Origin: Sporolactobacillus shoreicorticis
GTDB taxonomy: Bacteria > Bacillota > Bacilli > Bacillales > Sporolactobacillaceae
NCBI RefSeq assembly: GCF_024125445.1
Contig: NZ_JAMXWM010000032.1
Location: 20,428 to 52,427, forward strand
Direction of reading: 5' to 3'
Length of the DNA stretch: 32,000 bases
Shown here: in pieces, positions 1 through 8,831 of the stretch
Layout: each line of letters opens with the position of its first letter
Numbering within the stretch: the first letter of the stretch is position 1
The notes under the pieces: model-generated
What the model saw: only the letters and a program-made list of their open reading frames with translations
What the model was told of the DNA's origin: nothing
The model's database searches: none
Position numbers and translations under genes: made by a program

Positions 1-81
1 CTGCTGGGTGGGATTCAATGCCCGAGAGACTGTACCAGGAGAGACCTTTGCTAACTTTGAAATATCTCTGATTGTAGGCAT
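1..81 (-). CDS. LacI/GalR-family transcriptional regulator, N-terminal HTH only (continues past window edge)
   Basis: Reverse translation from ATG at 81..79 gives MPTIRDISKLAKVSPGTVSRALNPTQQ, the typical LacI-family HTH (VS..TVSR.LN). SD AAAGGGGGAAG lies about 7 nt upstream. Divergent from the sugar operon. Confidence 0.7.
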   Translation of the reverse strand, partial: MPTIRDISKLAKVSPGTVSRALNPTQQ

Positions 82-179
82 TAAACTTCCCCCTTTCATT
101 TAATTACACATTATCATAATTAGCGTTCATCAACAATTTTTACTTTAGTAACAGCAGTCAATGGGTTTTGGATTAAATG

Positions 180-212
180 TTTAATTAAACAAATTCATAT
201 TTAATTAAACAA
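180..212. repeat. 13-bp direct repeat TTTAATTAAACAA x2 (180-192, 200-212) just upstream of the lacS promoter
   Basis: Two exact copies read directly from the sequence, 20 bp apart start to start, abutting the -35 hexamer. Function unknown (possible UP element or regulator site). Confidence 0.55.
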
Positions 213-215
213 CAG

Positions 216-244
216 TTGACATCGTTTAAATATCCGGTTACATT
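216..244 (+). promoter_or_regulatory. Putative sigmaA promoter of the lacS / alpha-galactosidase operon
   Basis: TTGACA (216-221), 17-nt spacer, TACATT (239-244), about 70 nt upstream of the lacS start. Confidence 0.45.
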
Positions 245-249
245 TAATA

Positions 250-264
250 TTGTAAACGGTTACG
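250..264 (+). promoter_or_regulatory. cre-like / LacI-family operator
   Basis: TTGTAAACGGTTACG fits the cre consensus WTGNAANCGNWNNCW at all fixed positions except the last. It also forms an inverted repeat with CCGGTTACA at 232-240 that spans the -10. Confidence 0.5.
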
Positions 265-313
265 ATAAGAGCTGTAATCGAATACTAATTTATTTCAAGG
301 AGGTTTCGTTACA

Positions 314-2251
314 ATGGCAAGTAATACAAGAAAACTGACTTCTCGTTTGTCATACGCTTTTGGTGCGTTCGGTCATGATATGTTTTACAACACACTGTCT
401 GTTTACTTCATTATGTTTGTAACCGCGCATTTATTTGATAAAGCCGGCGGTGGAGAAAATAATCGAATGATTTTCTATATCACAACAATCATTTTCCTGC
501 TTAGGTTTGTTGAACTGGCAATTGATCCTTTTATCGGAAATACAATTGATACCACAAATACGAGATGGGGACATTTTAAGCCATGGATTCTTATTGGCGG
601 CACGATTGGTTCAATCACAATCGCCATTTTATTTACGAATATGGGAGGATTAAATGCTTCCAATCCGCTGCTTTACTTGATTATTTTTGCTGTTTTATAT
701 ATCTGTATGGACATCTTTTATTCGTTTAAAGATGTTGGCTTTTGGTCAATGATTCCCGCGATCTCATTTGATACCAGAGAACGTGAAAAGACGGCTACTT
801 TTGCACGTGTGGGTTCAACAATTGGTGCCAACATTGTCGGAGTCTTCGTTATGCCGCTTGTTTTAATGTTCTCTATTAATAAGAATCATGGGCAAGGCGA
901 TTTACGAGGCTGGTTTGTATTCGGATTAACCATTGCACTAATTTCTTGGATTTCCACGGTTGTTGTTGGTCTGGGAACCAAGGAATCAAAAACCGATTTG
1001 CGTAAAAATGTTGAAAAAACCAGTTTTAAAGATGTTTTTAAAGTTCTTGGTCGAAACGATCAATTAATGTGGCTTTCTTTGACTTATGGTCTTTATACAG
1101 CTGCCATTCAGATTACGAACTCTCTGGAACTTTACTATTTCACTTATATTCTTGGTAAACCGGCAGAGTTTACTAGTTTGGCCACTTTAAATACAATTAT
1201 TGGTGTCTTTGCTGTTCTTGCTTTCCCGCCTTTGGCACAAAAATTTAGCCGGAAAAATGTTTTTTTCCTTTCGATCGGTATCTTAATTATTGCTACGGTT
1301 CTCTTTGCTTTCTCAGGGCAGTCGCTTCCGCTCGTTTTGACTGCAGCCGTTCTTTTCTACATTCCACAGCCACTGATCTTCCTTGTTGTTTTGATGATTA
1401 TCAGTGATTCTGTAGAATACGGACAACTTAAGTTCGGACATCGTGATGAATCACTGACTTTGTCGGTTCGTCCATTATTGGATAAACTCGGTGGCGCGGT
1501 TTCTAATGGGGTTGCAGGATTGACCGCCGTATTGGCAGGAATGACTGCCGGTGTGACTGCTCATGATGTTACGTCACATGGTCAGCTAATTTTCAAAATT
1601 ATGATGTTTGGTATTCCAGCCGTTCTCATTCTTATTGGAACATTCGTCTTCTACAAGAAAATTACGCTAGATGAGAAGCAACATGAAGAAATTGTCAATG
1701 AACTTGAAAGAACGTGGCATAAACATTTGGAAAATGGTAACGAGTCAACATCTGATCTCAAGGAAGGTATTAACCATTTATTCAAGACCATTACGTATAT
1801 CTCACCAGTTGATGGAACGCTTGAACTCCTTGAAAAGGTATCTGATGCGAAATTTTCTTCGGGAATAATGGGCAAAGGGTTTGCAGTTAAGCCAAGCGGT
1901 GATGGTGTATATGCACCGTTTGATGGGACTATTGAGGCTACTTTCCCAACCAGACATGCCATTGGTCTCAGATCAGATAGTGGTATTCTGGCGTTGATTC
2001 ACATTGGAATTGATACTGTTTCACTGAATGGTAATGGTTTTACGCAATATGTTGACAAGGGTGAGCGCGTAAAACAAGGTGATAAGCTTATTGAATTTTC
2101 TAGTGAACTAATCAATAAAGCTGATTTGGATGATACCGTAATGGTAGTTATTACCAATTATAAAGACGTTGAAGAATTTCAATATATTAAAAAATTCGGT
2201 AATGTTAAGCATGGGGATGCCATTTTGGAGCTGTCCGCTCCAAAACGCTAA
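314..2251 (+). CDS. lacS: GPH-family galactoside (lactose/raffinose) permease with a fused C-terminal PTS EIIA-Glc domain (LacS/RafP type)
   Basis: 645 aa ORF with SD AAGGAGG 8 nt upstream. The N-terminus (LSYAFGAFGHDMFYNTLSVYF) is typical of GPH sugar:cation symporters with many TM segments. The C-terminal ~160 aa matches EIIA-Glc (GFAVKP..G.VYAPFDGT...PT.HAIGL....G...LIHIGIDTV). An alpha-galactosidase gene follows directly. Confidence 0.9.
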   Translation: MASNTRKLTSRLSYAFGAFGHDMFYNTLSVYFIMFVTAHLFDKAGGGENNRMIFYITTIIFLLRFVELAIDPFIGNTIDTTNTRWGHFKPWILIGGTIGSITIAILFTNMGGLNASNPLLYLIIFAVLYICMDIFYSFKDVGFWSMIPAISFDTREREKTATFARVGSTIGANIVGVFVMPLVLMFSINKNHGQGDLRGWFVFGLTIALISWISTVVVGLGTKESKTDLRKNVEKTSFKDVFKVLGRNDQLMWLSLTYGLYTAAIQITNSLELYYFTYILGKPAEFTSLATLNTIIGVFAVLAFPPLAQKFSRKNVFFLSIGILIIATVLFAFSGQSLPLVLTAAVLFYIPQPLIFLVVLMIISDSVEYGQLKFGHRDESLTLSVRPLLDKLGGAVSNGVAGLTAVLAGMTAGVTAHDVTSHGQLIFKIMMFGIPAVLILIGTFVFYKKITLDEKQHEEIVNELERTWHKHLENGNESTSDLKEGINHLFKTITYISPVDGTLELLEKVSDAKFSSGIMGKGFAVKPSGDGVYAPFDGTIEATFPTRHAIGLRSDSGILALIHIGIDTVSLNGNGFTQYVDKGERVKQGDKLIEFSSELINKADLDDTVMVVITNYKDVEEFQYIKKFGNVKHGDAILELSAPKR

Positions 2252-2300
2252 GTCTTGGATGAAACACGAATAAAATAAAATTTTGAAGGGGGTCACTACA

Positions 2301-4532
2301 ATGACGATAAAAATTGGTGAAGACCAATTAATCTTTCACTTACAAACAGATAACACGAGTTACATTTTTCAGGTATTGGAAAATGGTGAGCTGGGGCAAG
2401 TCTATTATGGCAAAAAAATTCATGTGAAAGATTCCTATGATCGTTTAACAACTAAAGAGTGGCACAATGACACTCCGTCATGGAAAAGTGATGTTCCCAA
2501 TGTTCAACCGGAATTGCTCAAGCAAGAATACGCTGGCTTTGGCAAAGGAGATTTTCGTTATCCAGCGTACCAAATTGAAGCCAAAGATGGAAGTCGGGTT
2601 TCTGAGTTCGCTTTTGACAGTTACCAGTTGACGGATGGTAAGAAACGTTTAACGGGATTGCCTTCAATGTTCGATGATAGCAACGATGATGCCGAGACAT
2701 TGACCATTGTCCTAAAAGATAGTCTGTTGCATTTAAAATTAAATTTGGCGTACACCATTTTCCCTCATCAAGATGTCATTGTTCGTAGTTCAAAGTTCGT
2801 GAATGATGGCAATCAAGACTTAATGTTAAATCGGGCGCTGAGTCTGCAGCTTGATCTTCCGGACTCAATGTATGATTTGATTCAATTCTCGGGCACATGG
2901 GCACGGGAGCGTCATTTGTATAGGAACCGAATTCATTCTGGAGTTCAAAGTATTAGTAGTTTACGCACAGCGTCAAGTCATCAACAGAATCCATTCTTTA
3001 TGCTGGCTCGTCCTACTACAACGGATCAGGATGGAGACGTATTTGGAATTAATCTAATCTATTCAGGCAATTTTCTTGATCAAGTTGAAGTGGATCAGTT
3101 TGAAACAACGAGAGTACTGACCGGAATAAATCCAGAAGAATTTTCTTGGACTTTGGAACCAGGGACTGAATTTCAAACACCTGAAGCTGTCATTAGTTAT
3201 ACTGATAAAGGGATGAATCAATTGAGTCAACAGATGGGTAACTGCTACCTTAATCATTTGGTGAACCCTAACTTTGCGAGGGAAAATCGGCCGATTCTGA
3301 TTAATAATTGGGAAGGTACCTATTTTGATTTTGATGACAACAAGTTATTTGAAATCGCCAAGAATGCTCATGAACTTGGTGTCGAAATGTTTGTTTTGGA
3401 TGATGGCTGGTTTGGGCACCGAAATGATGACAAGAGTTCTTTGGGGGATTGGTTTGTAAATGAAGCCAAGTTCCCAGGTGGATTCAGTAACATGGTCAAC
3501 AAAATTCACGCGTTAGGTATGAAATTTGGCCTTTGGTTTGAACCTGAGATGATTTCAATTGATAGTAAGCTGTACACAAAACATCCTGACTGGTTGATCT
3601 GTGCGCCGAACCGTCAACGGACCCCGCAACGAACACAATTTGTGCTTGATATGTCACGGCCTGAAGTTGTTGACTTTCTTTATGACTCGGTATCAGAGAT
3701 GATCAAACAAAATAAGCTTGATTATATTAAATGGGATATGAATAGAAATATCACTGAAGCTTTTGGTGGCAAATTATCGGCAGACAGGCAAAAAGAACTT
3801 TCTCATAGATATATTCTGGGGGTATACAATCTTTACGAACGCTTGACTGCTGATTTTCCTAATGTGCTGTTTGAGTCATGTGCTTCAGGCGGAGGAAGAT
3901 TTGATCTCGGTTTGATGTATTATGCGCCGCAGGCGTGGACGAGTGATAACACTGACGCAGTGGAGCGAATGTTCATTCAGTATGGTACGTCTTATGGCTA
4001 TTCTCTTTCAATGATGGGGGCACATGTTTCTGCCGTTCCAAATGATCAAACGGGCAGAATAACGCCGTTAAAGACTAGAGCTGATGTTGCTTATTTTGGA
4101 AATCTTGGATACGAGCTTGATGTGACCCAAATGCCAGACCACGAGCAGCGATCTGTTAAAAGGCAAATTGAATTTTATAAACAAAATCGGGAACTATTCC
4201 AATTTGGTCGCTTTTATCGGTTAGTAAGTCCATACGATACGAATAATAATAGCAATGTTATTAGCTGGGAAGTGGTTAAGGATGATCAAAGTCAAGCAAT
4301 AGTGGCTTATTATCAAGTGTTAAATCGACCCAATCCCCCGTATAGTCGTTTGTACTTTGAAGGATTAGATCCAGAGCGAAAATATAAAGTCAATGATGGT
4401 GATGAAGAATTCTACGGTGACGAATTAATGAACGCAGGTTATTTTGTGCCTCAAGTTCTTCAAAAAATTGAAGGGGTTGAAGAGTCTGCCGATTTCAGTT
4501 CGCAGCTATTTATTGTGCGCGCTGTTAATTGA
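2301..4532 (+). CDS. agaA: Alpha-galactosidase, glycoside hydrolase family 36
   Basis: The ORF track starts at TTG 2283, but ATG 2301 sits 8 nt after SD GAAGGGGG and gives MTIKIGEDQLIFHLQT..., a typical GH36 N-terminus. Internal motifs include INNWEGTYFDF, FVLDDGWFG.RNDD, KWDMNR and CASGGGR. Confidence 0.9.
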   Translation: MTIKIGEDQLIFHLQTDNTSYIFQVLENGELGQVYYGKKIHVKDSYDRLTTKEWHNDTPSWKSDVPNVQPELLKQEYAGFGKGDFRYPAYQIEAKDGSRVSEFAFDSYQLTDGKKRLTGLPSMFDDSNDDAETLTIVLKDSLLHLKLNLAYTIFPHQDVIVRSSKFVNDGNQDLMLNRALSLQLDLPDSMYDLIQFSGTWARERHLYRNRIHSGVQSISSLRTASSHQQNPFFMLARPTTTDQDGDVFGINLIYSGNFLDQVEVDQFETTRVLTGINPEEFSWTLEPGTEFQTPEAVISYTDKGMNQLSQQMGNCYLNHLVNPNFARENRPILINNWEGTYFDFDDNKLFEIAKNAHELGVEMFVLDDGWFGHRNDDKSSLGDWFVNEAKFPGGFSNMVNKIHALGMKFGLWFEPEMISIDSKLYTKHPDWLICAPNRQRTPQRTQFVLDMSRPEVVDFLYDSVSEMIKQNKLDYIKWDMNRNITEAFGGKLSADRQKELSHRYILGVYNLYERLTADFPNVLFESCASGGGRFDLGLMYYAPQAWTSDNTDAVERMFIQYGTSYGYSLSMMGAHVSAVPNDQTGRITPLKTRADVAYFGNLGYELDVTQMPDHEQRSVKRQIEFYKQNRELFQFGRFYRLVSPYDTNNNSNVISWEVVKDDQSQAIVAYYQVLNRPNPPYSRLYFEGLDPERKYKVNDGDEEFYGDELMNAGYFVPQVLQKIEGVEESADFSSQLFIVRAVN

Positions 4533-4717
4533 ATGATTTAATGTTGCCCAGTCATTTACTCCAATTGATTAAAAATAATCTATCTTGCGCTGATTTGTCA
4601 CTGTTTGATGGTATTCATTCAGTTTTGGCTTGGGAGGATCTAAACTAATTTTGACTATTCCCGTAGTAAAGGATCGAATTTTCATGCAATGCCAGTAGAT
4701 GAAAAAGTATAAAAGAT

Positions 4718-4752
4718 GAAGGTACCACACGTTCTGTGGTACCTTCTGTTTA
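4718..4752. terminator. Rho-independent terminator, probably bidirectional (agaA and distal nifS)
   Basis: Perfect 11-bp stem GAAGGTACCAC / GTGGTACCTTC with a 7-nt loop, followed by TGTTTAT on the plus strand and a T-rich run on the minus strand. Confidence 0.75.
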
Positions 4753-4984
4753 TGGATAAAAAACTTATGTGACGTATTTTCTTCGATCCTCCATTCAATT
4801 CATCTGTTTGACCTGTCATGGAAAAGAGAATAAAGAATCTCTTCTAACCGAAAAGCACCGGATGATTTTTGGTTATGTGGAAACATCAACAGTCCATCAG
4901 GTTTTTCTAACGAGTTTTCACAGTTTTGGTTGAACTTTTCCAATCCTTCATTTTACATTGATAAAGAGCGTAGCGATAGCAAAA

Positions 4985-6130
4985 TTATATCTGTGCGGAT
5001 GACTGCACCTCCAAAGCGGCTTCGGAGAATAACTGAATGGCCTGACGCAGTTCTTCTTCGGTAGTTGTTTCCCCGAATGACAGTCTTACAAGTTCTCTTG
5101 CTTGCTGGGGCGAACGACCAATGGACAACAGGGTCGGCGAAGGCTGGCGCGATGCGGCGCTGCACGCACTTCCGGTTGCAACGGCTAGGCCGCGACGATT
5201 AGCGGAAAGCATTATTTGTTGCCCTTCGATGCCGGGGATACGAATTGCAAGAATGTGCGGTAGTTGATGCTGCGCAGACGCCTCTATTGTAAATGAAAGA
5301 CCTTTACCTCGAATGCCGGAGATAAACCGCCTACGCATGTCACGTACACGGTTAAGGCACTCCTCTGCCTGTTGAATGGCTTCCTTGGATGCTGTGACGA
5401 AGGCGGCAATGCCAGGCAAATTGACAGTTCCCGGCCGAATACTATGTGGTTCCGCTGACCGTGGCAGCTTCATCCGCAGAGCGATGCGGGGATCCACAAA
5501 GCAGAGTGCGACCCCTTTTGGCCCGAAGATTTTGTGGGCCGAGGCCGACAAGGCGGTAATATGTGCGGCTTCCGCATCAATCGGCAATTTTCCAAAGGAT
5601 TGTACGGCATCACAATGAAAGGCAATATGTTTGCGATACAGCAAGTCGCCGATCGCTTTTATATTAGTGATTGATCCGATTTCATTGTTCACGTGATCAA
5701 CGCTCACCAGAATCGTGTCCTCTCTAATCGCGTTTTCAATCATGGCGGGCGTCACTTCACCACTTTCATTCCGCGTCAGTTGGGTAACCAGGTAGCCCTC
5801 TTTGCGCAGCTTTTCAAAGGCAAGGACAACTGATGAATGTTGCCCCTGCACATAAATGAGATGATGCCCTCTTTTCTTTTGCGTATGTGCCAATCCCTCA
5901 ATAGCCAGTCGATTGCTTTCCGAACCTCCGGATGTAAAAAAAACACCGTTTTCCTCAACATTGAGATACTGAGCCATTTGTTTTCTGCCGGATGACAGCA
6001 GCCGGGCTGCCGTGTCGCCGAAATCATGCAGACTGTTTGTGTTGCCAAAACAATGCTGCGCGACATCCGCATAGGTTTTCAGCGCTTTCGGAGACATCGG
6101 TGTTGTCGCTGCGTAATCGAGATAGATCAT
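4985..6130 (-). CDS. nifS: Cysteine desulfurase (NifS/IscS class V aminotransferase) linked to NAD biosynthesis
   Basis: 381 aa. IYLDYAATTP at the N-terminus, SASAHKIFGPKG (PLP lysine) and ATGSACS (active-site Cys). SD AAAGGAG. Divergent from nadBCA as in Bacillus subtilis. Confidence 0.9.
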   Translation of the reverse strand: MIYLDYAATTPMSPKALKTYADVAQHCFGNTNSLHDFGDTAARLLSSGRKQMAQYLNVEENGVFFTSGGSESNRLAIEGLAHTQKKRGHHLIYVQGQHSSVVLAFEKLRKEGYLVTQLTRNESGEVTPAMIENAIREDTILVSVDHVNNEIGSITNIKAIGDLLYRKHIAFHCDAVQSFGKLPIDAEAAHITALSASAHKIFGPKGVALCFVDPRIALRMKLPRSAEPHSIRPGTVNLPGIAAFVTASKEAIQQAEECLNRVRDMRRRFISGIRGKGLSFTIEASAQHQLPHILAIRIPGIEGQQIMLSANRRGLAVATGSACSAASRQPSPTLLSIGRSPQQARELVRLSFGETTTEEELRQAIQLFSEAALEVQSSAQI

Positions 6131-6411
6131 TTTTCAAGTGCTCCTTTTTGATACGTTCATGAATTTCGATGGATTTAAGAGATGGTGATGATGGTGCACT
6201 TTGCATGAGATCAGTAACCGATAAAAGTTCATTTACTTTGCTTTTATTTCTTGCGTTGCTTAAATGACAATGCCAGCAAATCCGGCATATAGAAAATAAT
6301 GTAAGAAAAATAAAAATCATCCTGCGGCGGAAGTAACTTTTACTCGTTATCTGCCATAATTTTTGTTTAGCTACTTGCCGTAAGTTTAATAATGTGACAA
6401 CATAGTTGTCA

Positions 6412-6435
6412 AGACATATGTAAAGACAGGTGTAA
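6412..6435 (+). promoter_or_regulatory. Tandem 12-bp repeat AGACAnnTGTAA x2, candidate NiaR-type operator of nadBCA
   Basis: AGACATATGTAA (6412-6423) is immediately followed by AGACAGGTGTAA (6424-6435), overlapping the nadB SD (AGGTG). A 7-bp inverted repeat TGACAAC/GTTGTCA lies at 6394-6410. I recall ACAGGTGT-type cores from Bacillus NiaR operators but cannot verify the motif here. Confidence 0.35.
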
Positions 6436-6439
6436 ACTA

Positions 6440-7984
6440 TTGAAAACATATCATGCAGATATAGTCATTGTTGGAAGCGGGCTGGCCGCACTCTATACGG
6501 CGGCCAAGCTGATGAACAAGAAGCGGGTCATTATTCTGACTAAAAAAAAATGGCAGGCAAGTAACTCTTATCTTGCTCAAGGGGGAATTGCGGCCGCCTA
6601 TGCCCCTGATGATGATTGGCATCAGCAGATGGAAGACGCATTGCGTGCCGGGCGTTATCACAATAATGTTGATGAAACGGCCTTTCTTGCACGTGAGAGC
6701 AAACGGCAAGTTGATGCGCTGATTCGAATGGGCATGCAATTTGATCGTGATCAGAAAGGACAGATTTTACTAGCCAGAGAGGGCGGTCATTCGGCCGCTC
6801 GTGTGCTGCACGCGCATGGTGACGCAACCGGCCGGGAGCTGACCGGATTTGTAAAAAAGTACGTGGAGCGGCAGGTCATCATCCACGAGCATACTCAGGC
6901 GACTGAGCTGTTGGTTCAAAACGGGCATTGTGTTGGGGTACGGGCGAGTGATCAATCAGAAGAGCCGGTTGTCTATTATGCACGGAATACGGTGCTTGCA
7001 ACTGGAGGATGCGGACAGATCTACGCACCGACCTCTGCCGATCCGGCAGTGACAGGGGACGGGCTGGCACTTGCCTATTGGGCCGGCGCTGCACTTAAAG
7101 ATATGGAATTCGTGCAATTCCATCCGACTTTGCTGATTAAGAATCATAGAGCCTATGGACTGGTCTCAGAGGCAGTTCGCGGCGAAGGAGCCAAGTTGAT
7201 TAATCAGGATGGAAAGCGGCTTCTGGAGGGCAAGCATCCGCTCGAAGATTTGGCTCCTCGTGATGTGGTGTCGCGCGTTCTTTTCAAGGCACAGAAAACG
7301 GGCGAGGCAGAACAAATCTATCTTGATATATCTATGCTTGACCATTTTGCCGAGCATTTTCCGACCATCACTCAACTCTGTCGACAAGCTGGTGTAGATT
7401 TGGCAAAAGGGCGAATTCCGGTTTCACCCGGTGCTCATTTTCTTATGGGCGGGATTGAGACAGACCATGAGGGGAAAACGACACTTCCGGGCCTGTATGC
7501 TATTGGTGAATGCGCATGTACCGGGGTTCATGGCGCCAACCGAATCGCCAGTCATTCACTGCTGGAAGCGGTGACCTATGCGGGAACTGCGGCAGCCAGT
7601 ATGAACACGCATACAGAACAGCCAATTGAGAAAATCACTGATGAATCCGGGTTTCGGAATGTTCCTCCGCCTCCGTCCAAGAAAGAGATTCAGAAGACGA
7701 TGTTTGAGTATGTCGGTATCTGGCGCACGCAGCAGTCGCTGACCACGGCCGTTGACTGGTGTCTTTCCTGGGGAATTGACTTTAATCGCGCAGAGCGGTT
7801 TGACGGGACAAAGGATGAACTGGAACGACTGAATATGCTGACAACCGCCTGGCTGATTGCCTCTTCGGCACTGGAACGCACAGAAAGCCGCGGCGGACAC
7901 ACACGTATTGACTATCCGGAGGAAATCGAGCAATGGCGGACCAAAAGCATTATTCGCGAGGTGACAAAGATTGAACAGAATTAA
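6440..7984 (+). CDS. nadB: L-aspartate oxidase
   Basis: 514 aa, TTG start 7 nt after AGGTG. FAD fold DIVIVGSGLAAL, then AQGGIAAA, HPT.L and RGEG motifs. First gene of nadB-nadC-nadA. Confidence 0.93.
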   Translation: MKTYHADIVIVGSGLAALYTAAKLMNKKRVIILTKKKWQASNSYLAQGGIAAAYAPDDDWHQQMEDALRAGRYHNNVDETAFLARESKRQVDALIRMGMQFDRDQKGQILLAREGGHSAARVLHAHGDATGRELTGFVKKYVERQVIIHEHTQATELLVQNGHCVGVRASDQSEEPVVYYARNTVLATGGCGQIYAPTSADPAVTGDGLALAYWAGAALKDMEFVQFHPTLLIKNHRAYGLVSEAVRGEGAKLINQDGKRLLEGKHPLEDLAPRDVVSRVLFKAQKTGEAEQIYLDISMLDHFAEHFPTITQLCRQAGVDLAKGRIPVSPGAHFLMGGIETDHEGKTTLPGLYAIGECACTGVHGANRIASHSLLEAVTYAGTAAASMNTHTEQPIEKITDESGFRNVPPPPSKKEIQKTMFEYVGIWRTQQSLTTAVDWCLSWGIDFNRAERFDGTKDELERLNMLTTAWLIASSALERTESRGGHTRIDYPEEIEQWRTKSIIREVTKIEQN

Positions 7985-8828
7985 ACTGAGACAAGCACTT
8001 GAAATTTTTTACAATGAAGATATGGGTCATCAGGATCTGACCACTGATGCGGTTTTTGCATCAGAAGATACGGCGGTCGGCATATTTACCGCAAAAACGT
8101 CAGGCATCATCTGCGGTCTGCCGATTTTGACTGAAGGATACAAGCTGTTTGATTCGGAGGTAACGATTCAGTACCATGTTTCAGAGGGGGAAACCGTACA
8201 AGCCGGACAAGATCTGGTGACAGTCAGAGGTCCGGTGCGTACGTTGCTCAGTGCTGAACGTGTACTGCTTAATCTGCTGCAGCACATGAGCGGAATTGCG
8301 ACCATGACGCATGGGGCGGTGGAGATCGTGGGCGACAGCGGAACGCGGATCTGCGATACGAGGAAGACGACACCGGGTCTGCGTCTGTTTGAGAAATATG
8401 CGGTTAGAATTGGCGGTGGATTTAATCACCGCTTCGGCCTTTATGATGCGGTCATGATTAAGGATAATCACATTGCACGTGCCGGTTCGATCAGCCATGC
8501 GGTGCAGAAAGTTCGTGGTGTGCTCGGTCATACCGTGAAAATCGAAGTAGAGACGACTTCGCTTGAAACCGTTAAAGAGGCTGTTCGGGCAAAGGCGGAT
8601 ATTATTATGTTTGACAACAGTTCACCCGACGAAATTCGCACGTTTGTCCGAGAAGTTCCGGATGGCATTGTTACGGAAATATCCGGCGGCATTAATTTAG
8701 AAACGTTAAAAGACTATGCCGGATGCGGTGCGGATTATATTTCACTCGGCTGTTTAACCCACTCGGTTAAAGCACTCGACATCAGTTTTAATTTGCAGAT
8801 TGACGACCCAAAAGGGAGGCATGAGTAA
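7971..8828 (+). CDS. nadC: Nicotinate-nucleotide pyrophosphorylase (quinolinate phosphoribosyltransferase)
   Basis: 285 aa, TTG start overlapping the nadB end by 14 nt. ED.G.QDLTT, LL.AER..LN.L...SGIAT, TRKT.PG.R and IMFDN motifs. Confidence 0.92.
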   Translation: MNRIKLRQALEIFYNEDMGHQDLTTDAVFASEDTAVGIFTAKTSGIICGLPILTEGYKLFDSEVTIQYHVSEGETVQAGQDLVTVRGPVRTLLSAERVLLNLLQHMSGIATMTHGAVEIVGDSGTRICDTRKTTPGLRLFEKYAVRIGGGFNHRFGLYDAVMIKDNHIARAGSISHAVQKVRGVLGHTVKIEVETTSLETVKEAVRAKADIIMFDNSSPDEIRTFVREVPDGIVTEISGGINLETLKDYAGCGADYISLGCLTHSVKALDISFNLQIDDPKGRHE

Positions 8829-8831
8829 ATC

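Noticed and set aside
4541-4645. A 34-codon ORF (MLPSHLLQLIKNNLSCADLSLFDGIHSVLAWEDLN) right after the alpha-galactosidase gene, possibly a remnant of a further sugar-utilisation gene.
   Set aside because: No SD, no motif I can place, and it is too short to judge without a database search.
6024-6449. A 141-aa minus-strand ORF spanning the nifS-nadB intergenic region.
   Set aside because: It overlaps the nifS 5' end in another frame, has no SD, and has a low-complexity, Cys/Leu-rich composition. The region is better explained as a divergent promoter/operator.
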